A DNA stretch of 64,000 nucleotides from Candidatus Levyibacteriota bacterium (lineage in GTDB: Bacteria; Patescibacteriota; Microgenomatia; Levybacterales; UBA12049), in the NCBI GenBank assembly GCA_016432345.1, contig CP066685.1, positions 112,236 through 176,235 on the forward strand, given 5' to 3'. The translations under genes and the position numbers were made by a program. Positions 42,561-50,397 of this stretch are shown here, piece by piece. The notes beneath the pieces are model-generated. The model worked only from the letters and a program-made list of their open reading frames with translations, was not told where the DNA came from and made no database searches. How positions within the stretch are numbered: the first letter of the stretch is position 1; every line of letters begins with the position of its first letter.

Positions 42561-43787
42561 TTAGATAATTTGTGCAATTTTTTCTCCAAGTTCTACCGCG
42601 TAGTTTGTGCCGCGATCCCAAGGATAGACCTGTTGCATATTAGCAAGGAAAACATTTTTTAATGGTGTTTCTAGTGTTGGTATTATTTTTGAATAATAGG
42701 TAGGAATAATCGGCTGGGCGAAAGGAGCTTTAAACAGCGTATAGTTAATAGCGTCTAGCGTATAGTTTGGATTTATTTTTCGTAGATAAGGATCATAGAT
42801 TTTTAGAAGTTCATTAGCAGATAATTTCATGTAGGGGTGGTCGTGGGGAACATAATTGCCAAGATAAACGATATGTTCATTATTATAATGTTTAGAATCC
42901 ATAAAATTAGTGTGTTCGACAATTGCCATGATGGGAGATTCTTTGTCACAAATACTTAGCCAATAGGTATTGTCAGGTAAAAATGGTTTTTTGAGACGAA
43001 GAATAAGGTTTATTGCACCTAATCCTTTTAATTGCAGCAGGTTTTGTTTATAAACATTTGGTAGTTGTGGAGCGATTTTGACAAAATAAAACGATGGTAA
43101 AGTGACGATGATCTTATCAAAATTTTTCAACTGTTTTATTTCTCTAATTTCGGTATTAAATAAAAATTTTCCCCCATTTTCTTCAATTTTTTTTACCAAT
43201 GCATTTGCGAAAGTAAGGAAACCGCCCGATGGATAGGCAAGTTGTGCTGTTCGTTTATTAATCCTTGCCCAAAACCAGGCCAGCGAAATATCATCGGCAT
43301 AATCCCCAAATTTATTATGAAGTTGGGGCTCCCAAATTGTTTGATAGGCATTTTTCCCCATGGCGTTTTGTAAAAATTCATTCGTTTTTATACTCTCGAG
43401 TGGTTGCCAAAAGGGATTGTATTTTAAGCTTCCAAGAATTGCAGCCATCCGCAAACGATCATAAATCTTTAGTTTGGGAAATTGGAGTAGATGGAGCGGA
43501 GAGTCGAATTGATAGATTTCACTATCAACGTAGACAGATGTTTTGGGCCGTTTTATGATAATTTTATGATCAATTTTTCTTGCCAGCGAAAGAATAGAGT
43601 TATCGTTTGTAAACCAATGATGATAATGCTTTTCCAATGTCCATTCCCAGTTTTTTTCTAAATAGCCAACTGCCAGTCCGCCGGGATTTTGGTCTTTCTC
43701 AAAAACATAAACTTTGTGTTTTTCTTGAGAAATATAATAAGCTGCAGAAAGACCGGTAAATCCTGCGCCGATAATAGCTATTTTCAT
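42561..43787 (-). CDS. FAD/NAD(P)-binding oxidoreductase (amine-oxidase / protoporphyrinogen-oxidase / UDP-galactopyranose-mutase-like superfamily)
   Basis: MKIAIIGAGFTGLSAAYY...VFEKDQNPGGLA (dinucleotide fold); ...HYHHWFTND... and ...IVEHTNF... are reminiscent of mutase-type members. Confidence 0.7.
   Translation of the reverse strand: MKIAIIGAGFTGLSAAYYISQEKHKVYVFEKDQNPGGLAVGYLEKNWEWTLEKHYHHWFTNDNSILSLARKIDHKIIIKRPKTSVYVDSEIYQFDSPLHLLQFPKLKIYDRLRMAAILGSLKYNPFWQPLESIKTNEFLQNAMGKNAYQTIWEPQLHNKFGDYADDISLAWFWARINKRTAQLAYPSGGFLTFANALVKKIEENGGKFLFNTEIREIKQLKNFDKIIVTLPSFYFVKIAPQLPNVYKQNLLQLKGLGAINLILRLKKPFLPDNTYWLSICDKESPIMAIVEHTNFMDSKHYNNEHIVYLGNYVPHDHPYMKLSANELLKIYDPYLRKINPNYTLDAINYTLFKAPFAQPIIPTYYSKIIPTLETPLKNVFLANMQQVYPWDRGTNYAVELGEKIAQII
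42735..42769. repeat. 35-nt heptamer-phased element AGCGTAT AGTTAAT AGCGTCT AGCGTAT AGTTTGG
   Basis: Read directly; the sense strand encodes ...PNYTLDAINYTLF... Confidence 0.9.
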
Positions 43788-45148
43788 GAGACGTATTTAT
43801 TACGAAGAAATCGTAAGATAATAAGTCCTGTAATTATAGCACTGAAAGCAGAGATGCCTATAGGAAAAATTGAAGAGTTTCCTGGCGGTTCGATAGGAGG
43901 AAAGATTTGTGTTTTTGTTGGAGTTGGGATACCTGTTGGTTTGAGTGTTGGTGTCGGAGTTTCTGTTGGGGAAGGTTTGGCAATTGTTGGCGTTGGTGAA
44001 GAAGTTATGCTTGCTTTTGGAGTAAGCGTTGCGGAAGGCGTTGCAGATTGGTTTACTTGCGACCCTTGCGCATAAACTGTAAAACTTTGTTTGATAGTTT
44101 TTAGAATTCCAAACTGATCTCTGGTGGTGATTAGAATTGTGTGTTTTCCAGGAGAAAGCGGATTTTTTGGTCTAAATGACCATGATCCATTTTTATCGGA
44201 TGTAACAGACGTTTTGATTTCTTCTTCTGAATTGATTTCTATTTTTACTTCTGTTCCTGGTGAGGCAACACCTTTAAAGGTGGGTTGAGTATCGGTAAAT
44301 GATTCATTCTTTTTAGGGCTAATAATTTTGGTAGCCTTTGAGGCCGAAGGACTTGCTGTAAAAGATGGAAAACCAATTGTTTCATCGAGGACATGAATAG
44401 GTTTATCGTTTATGGTAAAGTCGTAATCTTTGGAAATAATAATTAACGGTACAGAATTTGCCTGACTTGCAAAAAGCGCTACATTAGATTTTTCAGAAGT
44501 TCCAACAATAAGCATAGTGATAACATCATTTTTTGATAAAGAAATATAAGAAGTTAAATCCTGTCCTCGTAAAGAACTAAGATTAAATGTGTAGGCGCCG
44601 TCTTGTTTTACATGCGTTGAGAAAACTTGAGAATTTGGACTTGTTATATAAATAATTGCGTCCTTTTGCATGGTATCTAAAAAAATAATTGAGCCGCGCA
44701 TCTCTACTGTTGCTGAAGATAAATTAAGCGTTGGGCCAGTCGTTACGGTAAAAGGCTTCCCGTTGTTAAGAAATGTGGTTTCTCCGCTTAGTATAGAAAA
44801 GTAATAATTTGTTGATGGTTGTAAATTAGCAATAGTTATATTATGAATAAGTCGGGGTTGGACGCTTTTTGTATTACTATCTTCATCGTCTATTGCAGTA
44901 TTTTCCATTTTGTCATTTGGGCTGTACATTATTGATCCTAAGAAAGGAGACGAGGTAGTATATGATACGGTGAATGAGGTGTCAGTTATATTTGTAACTC
45001 GTATATTTTCTGGTGTTTCGGATATAGATGCTTTACTTATAAAAGGAATGCCTTTTTTGGTAAAAAAAGATGTTAATGCAATACCAACAAGAATTAACAT
45101 TATGCCAAGAAGGGTAGGTATTTTTATTTGCCAAATTGTATTTTTCAT
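43784..45148 (-). CDS. Surface protein: N-terminal anchor, FN3-like and Ig-like domains, Pro/Thr linker, C-terminal hydrophobic anchor
   Basis: ...PENIRVTNITDTSFTVSYTT...NLQPSTNYYF... (FN3-like); ...SATPSATLTPKASITSSPTPTIAKPSPTETPTPTLKPTGIPTPTKT...; tail EPPGNSSIFPIGISAFSAIITGLIILRFLRNKYVS. Confidence 0.6.
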   Translation of the reverse strand: MKNTIWQIKIPTLLGIMLILVGIALTSFFTKKGIPFISKASISETPENIRVTNITDTSFTVSYTTSSPFLGSIMYSPNDKMENTAIDDEDSNTKSVQPRLIHNITIANLQPSTNYYFSILSGETTFLNNGKPFTVTTGPTLNLSSATVEMRGSIIFLDTMQKDAIIYITSPNSQVFSTHVKQDGAYTFNLSSLRGQDLTSYISLSKNDVITMLIVGTSEKSNVALFASQANSVPLIIISKDYDFTINDKPIHVLDETIGFPSFTASPSASKATKIISPKKNESFTDTQPTFKGVASPGTEVKIEINSEEEIKTSVTSDKNGSWSFRPKNPLSPGKHTILITTRDQFGILKTIKQSFTVYAQGSQVNQSATPSATLTPKASITSSPTPTIAKPSPTETPTPTLKPTGIPTPTKTQIFPPIEPPGNSSIFPIGISAFSAIITGLIILRFLRNKYVS

Positions 45149-45429
45149 GGTTTTAGTGAAGCAGATACAGTTGACTGTTTTACAGCAGACGATGTTCCAA
45201 TAGGTGGTGTTGGATTTGTATTAATTTCAAAAACAGGCGAGACTTTTTTTCTTTTTCTAACCTCGTCAATTGTTTTTGTGTCGAATGATGGAGATATTGG
45301 CGCTATTTGAATGCTTGTTGCTTCGGGAATTGTTGAAGTTTTCGCATTGTGATAAATATTGAAAGTAATCCAAACAACAGCAATAATAAAGCCAGATATC
45401 ATGAGAAATAATAAATCTTTTCTATTCAT
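45145..45429 (-). CDS. Small single-TM protein in the pilus-like operon
   Basis: 94 aa; MNRKDLLFLMISGFIIAVVWITFNIY...; ATGA overlaps on both sides. Confidence 0.5.
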   Translation of the reverse strand: MNRKDLLFLMISGFIIAVVWITFNIYHNAKTSTIPEATSIQIAPISPSFDTKTIDEVRKRKKVSPVFEINTNPTPPIGTSSAVKQSTVSASLKP

Positions 45430-46037
45430 GGTTTAAAGTAAGCTTTTCCTTGCAGGCTAATCTGCAAATTATCTTTTTCTTTAACACTTCCAAAAGAAAT
45501 AGTATCAATTGAGATTATCCGTTCAAAGTCAACCAAAGAAGAAAGAAATGAGTTAAGATTGTTTTGCGTCCCTTTTAAATCCAGAGTAAAACCAAAAGAG
45601 CCATAGTTTTTTTGACTGTTTGTATTGTTTGTATTGTTAGAAATTTCAACTTGAAAAATCTGCAAACGAGCAATATTTATATTATTGGCTTGCGCAACAC
45701 TTTGCAGTTGAGCGGCAAAAAGCGGCACAGTTGGTTTTTTTGGGATTGCATTTAAAATAGTCGGACGCACATCTTCAAGTAAAGCATATCTATTTTGCAA
45801 TGTGTTAAGACTTTCTATTTTTTCTTGTAGTTTTTCTTCAATAAATTTATTGTCCGACAACTGTTTTTGCAGGTGTGCGATTGTTGATATAGTTGGATTA
45901 ATTGCAAATACCCCAAAAAGAGAGAGCGCTGTAAGCGTAAAAAAAATAGTTGAATATTTTTGCGCCTTTTTTTCTTTTATAAATGGCGCAAATGTTTTAT
46001 ATATATCTTTTAGTTCTCTATTTGTTGTTGGTTTCAT
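45426..46037 (-). CDS. PilO-like type IV pilus assembly protein
   Basis: 203 aa; short cytoplasmic N-terminus, one TM, a coiled coil (...LQKQLSDNKFIEEKLQEKIESLNTLQNRY...), then ...AIPKKPTVPLFAAQLQSVAQANNINIARLQI... Confidence 0.45.
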   Translation of the reverse strand: MKPTTNRELKDIYKTFAPFIKEKKAQKYSTIFFTLTALSLFGVFAINPTISTIAHLQKQLSDNKFIEEKLQEKIESLNTLQNRYALLEDVRPTILNAIPKKPTVPLFAAQLQSVAQANNINIARLQIFQVEISNNTNNTNSQKNYGSFGFTLDLKGTQNNLNSFLSSLVDFERIISIDTISFGSVKEKDNLQISLQGKAYFKP

Positions 46038-46588
46038 TTATTTTCTCCTCCTTTTATTTTTGTTATAGCAGTAACACTAACAATAATCGTTGCGCTTTTT
46101 GTTCTGTTTTCTATTTTATCCAAACTTACAGATTGGATTTTGGGATTTTCTTTTAGAGTTTTTATAAAATTAGTCAGCGTTGAAACTGATTGTACATTTG
46201 CATTAATTTTTATTTGATTTTCAGATAGAAATACATTATTAAATGAAATATCTGAAGATGGGAAGTTAACAATATCCGAAAAAAGCGTAATAGTTTGTTT
46301 GCCGCTATTTGTTATTTCAGATATAAGAGATAATCTGTCTTGCAGATTTCTAAATGTATCTTCATTATTTTTGAGTAATTTGACAAGTGCTTGTTTCTGT
46401 TTTATCTTTCCGTGTATATCTATCAGTTGTTGATCTAGAACAAAACGATATAAAAAAGCAGAAAGCGCAATAGCTTCTGTGAGAATAACTACAATGCGTC
46501 CAATGGTAAGCGCCCATTTCATGAAGCGGTCGAGAAAACTTCCTTTTCTGCTTTTAAAAAGATTAATTGAGGGTTTTACTAAAATCAT
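46034..46588 (-). CDS. PilN-like type IV pilus assembly protein
   Basis: 184 aa; N-terminal ...SINLFKSRK... (compare INLLP), one TM, a coiled coil. No pilM lies upstream. Confidence 0.4.
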   Translation of the reverse strand: MILVKPSINLFKSRKGSFLDRFMKWALTIGRIVVILTEAIALSAFLYRFVLDQQLIDIHGKIKQKQALVKLLKNNEDTFRNLQDRLSLISEITNSGKQTITLFSDIVNFPSSDISFNNVFLSENQIKINANVQSVSTLTNFIKTLKENPKIQSVSLDKIENRTKSATIIVSVTAITKIKGGENK

Positions 46589-46631
46589 ACTGGTATATCC
46601 AGTCTAGGAGAATTTTAGAAGTTTGTCAAAG

Positions 46632-46889
46632 CTAAAAATTAGAAGGTTTTTTATCAGAAGATAGAAGTTTTGATAGAGCGGATTTGATGCGGGAAGCTTT
46701 ATTTTTGTGGATGATATGATTTTTGGCGGCTTTATCCAAAGCTGTAGCAGCTTCTTTAACAGTTTTTTCTACAAGGTTTTTTTTGGCCTTTTTAATAAGA
46801 TTTTTAAGATTTGTCCTAATCTTTTGGTTATGCAAAGTTTTCTTTTTGTCTTTTCTTAGTTTCTTTTTAGCAGATTTTATTACTGGCAT
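46632..46889 (-). CDS. rpsT: 30S ribosomal protein S20
   Basis: MPVIKSAKKKLRKDKKKTLHNQKIRTNLKNLIKKAKK...HKNKASRIKSAL. Confidence 0.9.
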   Translation of the reverse strand: MPVIKSAKKKLRKDKKKTLHNQKIRTNLKNLIKKAKKNLVEKTVKEAATALDKAAKNHIIHKNKASRIKSALSKLLSSDKKPSNF

Positions 46890-46904
46890 GGAGGCATTTT
46901 AGCA

Positions 46905-46913
46905 TGGTATACT
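46905..46913 (+). promoter_or_regulatory. Extended -10 (TGgTATACT) 10 nt upstream of the murJ ATG
   Basis: caTGGTATACTctaaattacaATG read directly. Confidence 0.4.
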
Positions 46914-46923
46914 CTAAATTACA

Positions 46924-48588
46924 ATGCCAAAAAATTTTTTACAAAAAAGCTGGAATCTTTTATTACAGCGTCAAACCAACATTCTTTCCGCGGCATTTGT
47001 GATTATGGGGACTGTTTTTTTGTCCCAAGTTTTAGGTCTTATTCGTCAGAGATTGCTGGTATCTATTTTTGGCGCTTCAAATACTTTGGGTGTTTATTTA
47101 ACTGCCAATAGATTTCCGGATTTGTTGTTTCAAATTATTATTGCTGGCGCGCTATATTCGGCCTTTATTCCTGTATTTTCGGATTATATGGCAAAAAACA
47201 GGGAAAAAGACGCACACAAAATGGCTTCAACATTTCTGGCGTTAAGCTGTGTAATTTTTTTATTGTTTTCCTTATTTCTTTTTATTTTCGCCCCATTTTT
47301 TCTGAGCTTTTTTAATATTGGCGGAAAGTATTCTTTAGAACAAATGATTCTGATGACAAATTTAACCCGCATTATCCTGGCGGCGCAGTTTTTGTTTATA
47401 GCAGCAACATTTTTTTCGGCCCTTTTGCAATCTTACAACCACTTTTTTATTCCGGGAATTGCCGCGGCAACATATAATTTAGGAATAATTATTGGCATAC
47501 TAACACTTTCTTCATCTTTTGGTATTTATGCTCCAGCTTATGGATGTATTTTAGGCGCCTCTTTTTTTATTCTTGCTCAAATTCCTATGGTAAAAAAAAT
47601 TGGATTTCGATTTACTTTCTCATTTGAGTTTAAAACATCAGGGGTGATGGATGTAATACACTTAATGTGGCCAAGAACTTTGTCTAATGGTGTTTTTCAA
47701 ATAGGCACATTGGCAATAGCGGCATTGATTTCGTTTTTGTCAGAGCCTGGGCGAAATTACACAATTTTTGATTATGCTCAAACATTGGCGTTTGCTCCAG
47801 TTGGGCTTGTTGGGCAAACAATTGCTCAAGCGGCGTTTCCTGTACTTTCCCGAGAGCGGGAAAAACTGGCTGAATTTAGGACGACATTTCTGACCAGCTT
47901 TACACAGATTCTTTATTTAGTTCTTCCTATTTCTATACTTTTACTGGTGCTTCGTATACCTGTTGTTAGACTTGTGTTTGGAGCAGGCCTTTTTGATTGG
48001 CAAGCAACTGTATTAACGGGAAGAGTGTTAGCACTTTTATCTTTATCTATTTTTGCGCAATCTCTTATTGCTCTTGTTTCTCGCGGATTTTATGCTTTAC
48101 ATAATACAAAAGTTCCTCTTATTGTAGGAACAATTACAACTGTATTAATGGTAATGCTTGGAGGAGTTTTTGTTATTTTTTATAAACTAGGAATAGAAGG
48201 GATTGCTATTTCATATGCTTTTGCCGTTATTTGTAATTTAATTACCCTTTTTATTATTTTGGATCGAAAAGTTGGCGGTTTCGATAAAAGGGCACTTTTT
48301 GTTAGGGTATTAAAAATTTTTATTGCATCAGCATTTACAGGAATAGCTATATATATACCAATAAAACTTTTAGATCAACTGGTATTTGATACCACAAGAA
48401 CAATTAATCTTCTTCTTTTAACTGGTATTTCAAGCGTAGCAGGTCTTGCTATTTATCTTTTTCTAACCTGGTTTTTAAATGTGAAGGAAGCTCTTGCTTT
48501 TGTAATTTTGTTTAAAAAGCTTGGAAACTGGAGAGAGATTTTGGGAAAATCTGATGAGGTTATTGACGGCACCCGTTTTAACCCTTAA
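46924..48588 (+). CDS. murJ: Lipid II flippase MurJ (MviN)
   Basis: 554 aa, 14 TM; ...FLSQVLGLIRQRLLVSIFGAS...DLLFQIIIAGALYSAFIPVF... Confidence 0.88.
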   Translation: MPKNFLQKSWNLLLQRQTNILSAAFVIMGTVFLSQVLGLIRQRLLVSIFGASNTLGVYLTANRFPDLLFQIIIAGALYSAFIPVFSDYMAKNREKDAHKMASTFLALSCVIFLLFSLFLFIFAPFFLSFFNIGGKYSLEQMILMTNLTRIILAAQFLFIAATFFSALLQSYNHFFIPGIAAATYNLGIIIGILTLSSSFGIYAPAYGCILGASFFILAQIPMVKKIGFRFTFSFEFKTSGVMDVIHLMWPRTLSNGVFQIGTLAIAALISFLSEPGRNYTIFDYAQTLAFAPVGLVGQTIAQAAFPVLSREREKLAEFRTTFLTSFTQILYLVLPISILLLVLRIPVVRLVFGAGLFDWQATVLTGRVLALLSLSIFAQSLIALVSRGFYALHNTKVPLIVGTITTVLMVMLGGVFVIFYKLGIEGIAISYAFAVICNLITLFIILDRKVGGFDKRALFVRVLKIFIASAFTGIAIYIPIKLLDQLVFDTTRTINLLLLTGISSVAGLAIYLFLTWFLNVKEALAFVILFKKLGNWREILGKSDEVIDGTRFNP

Positions 48589-48633
48589 CCTATTTGCTTT
48601 TCCTTTTGATCCCCTTTATACTCTTTTCAATCT

Positions 48634-50397
48634 ATGAAACGTGAACAGATTCGTAATTTTGCCATTATTGCCCACATTGATCATGGAAAATCAACTTTGT
48701 CGGATCGTTTTTTAGAGATTTGCCACACGATATCTAAAGAAAAAATGAAGCCGCAATTGTTAGATTCCTTGGCGCTTGAGCGAGAGAGAGGAATAACTAT
48801 AAAACTAGCTCCAGTGCAAATGCACTATACGCTAAACGCTGTAAACTATACGCTAAACTTGATTGATACGCCTGGTCATGTTGATTTTTCCTACGAGGTA
48901 TCTAGGGCATTGGCTGCTGTTGAGGGAGCGATTTTACTGATTGATGCAACACAGGGAATTCAGGCCCAGACGCTTTCGCATGGACTTTCTGCCCTATCGC
49001 AAAATTTGCGGCTTATTCCTGTTATTAACAAAATTGATTTGGCCAATGCGAATATCGAAGCTTGCAAAAAACAATTTATAGAGACGTTTGGTTTTTCGGA
49101 AGAAGAAATTATTTTGGCGTCAGGTAAGTCTGGAGTTGGAGTTATAGAAATTATTCAGGCCATTGTTGATCGAATTCCACCTCCTACCGTTGACACAGAA
49201 AAACCACTTCGGGCGTTAATTTTTGATTCTTTTTTTGACGCTTATAAAGGGGTTATAGCGCAAGTAAAAATTGTTGATGGGGAAGTTCCATCGCCCGGAC
49301 AAAAGATAAGATTTCTTGGAACAAAAGCAATGGGTGAGGTTTTAGAAAAGGGGTATTTTTCTCCAAGCCTTAAACCTATCGAAACACTTATCTCGGGAGA
49401 AATTGGGTATATTGCAACAGGTATTAAAGAACCAGATAAGGTGCATGTTGGTGATACGATAGCTGTGAGTGATATTGCGCCATTGCCTGGTTATAAAGAA
49501 GTTAAGCCAATGGTATATGTTGGATTGTACCCGATAGACCAATCGGAGTTTCACCAATTAAAAGATGTATTAGGGAAATTTAGATTAACGGATCCGGCTT
49601 TTTCTTACGCCTTGGAACATTCTGCGGCGCTGGGCGCTGGTTTTCGGTGTGGGTTTTTAGGGCTTTTACATGCCGAAGTTGTCCAACAGCGATTGTCAGA
49701 AGAATTTGGGATGGATTTATTGGCAACTACCCCATCTGTTGAATATCTTAATGGGGACGAAAAAATTACCAGTCCTGCGGATATTGATCCAATGTCAACT
49801 GAAAAATTAAAGGAGCCATGGGTATCTATACAGATTTTTAGCCCAAAAATTTACATCGGTAGTATTATGGAGGAAATGGCAAAAAAGCGTGGCGTTTTCC
49901 AAAATCAGAAATATTTTGGTTCGTCCGTTGAGCTTCAATACCTTATGCCGTTGGCAGAGATGATTACTGATTTTTATGATAAATTAAAGTCTGTTTCGTC
50001 GGGTTTTGCCTCTTTGGATTGGGAATTTTTGGAATTTCGTCCTGTTGACGCGGTTAGAATAGATTTTTTAGTGGGTGGAGAAAAAGTGGATGCTTTGTCA
50101 ACCATTGTGGTTAGGAATAAGGCAGAAGGAATTGGGCGGAAATTAGTGGAGAAACTAAAAGATGTACTGCCTCGGCAAAACTTTGAGATTGCAGTTCAAG
50201 CGGCAATTGGTGGAAAAATTATTGCTAGAGAAACAGTGTCTGCATATCGAAAAGATGTTTTAAAGAAAATGTCCGGCGGAGACAGAACCAGAAAAGACAA
50301 ACTTTTGGAAAAGCAAAAAAAGGGCAAGAAAAAAATGAAGATGGTAGGGCGGGTCGAAATACCCCAAGAAGCTTTTTTAAGTATTTTAAAATCCTAG
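48634..50397 (+). CDS. lepA: Elongation factor 4 (LepA)
   Basis: IRNFAIIAHIDHGKSTLSDR...LIDTPGHVDF...NKIDL... plus the LepA C-terminal domain. Confidence 0.95.
   Translation: MKREQIRNFAIIAHIDHGKSTLSDRFLEICHTISKEKMKPQLLDSLALERERGITIKLAPVQMHYTLNAVNYTLNLIDTPGHVDFSYEVSRALAAVEGAILLIDATQGIQAQTLSHGLSALSQNLRLIPVINKIDLANANIEACKKQFIETFGFSEEEIILASGKSGVGVIEIIQAIVDRIPPPTVDTEKPLRALIFDSFFDAYKGVIAQVKIVDGEVPSPGQKIRFLGTKAMGEVLEKGYFSPSLKPIETLISGEIGYIATGIKEPDKVHVGDTIAVSDIAPLPGYKEVKPMVYVGLYPIDQSEFHQLKDVLGKFRLTDPAFSYALEHSAALGAGFRCGFLGLLHAEVVQQRLSEEFGMDLLATTPSVEYLNGDEKITSPADIDPMSTEKLKEPWVSIQIFSPKIYIGSIMEEMAKKRGVFQNQKYFGSSVELQYLMPLAEMITDFYDKLKSVSSGFASLDWEFLEFRPVDAVRIDFLVGGEKVDALSTIVVRNKAEGIGRKLVEKLKDVLPRQNFEIAVQAAIGGKIIARETVSAYRKDVLKKMSGGDRTRKDKLLEKQKKGKKKMKMVGRVEIPQEAFLSILKS
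48827..48861. repeat. 35-nt heptamer-phased element (sense) ATACGCT AAACGCT GTAAACT ATACGCT AAACTTG
   Basis: Read directly; encodes ...HYTLNAVNYTLNL... just before the IDTPGH motif. Confidence 0.9.

Noticed and set aside
43689-44075. 128-aa Gly/Val-rich plus-strand ORF (similar ORFs at 50416-50703 and 50707-50901)
   Set aside because: These are mirror images of the Pro/Thr-rich linkers of the surface proteins on the other strand.
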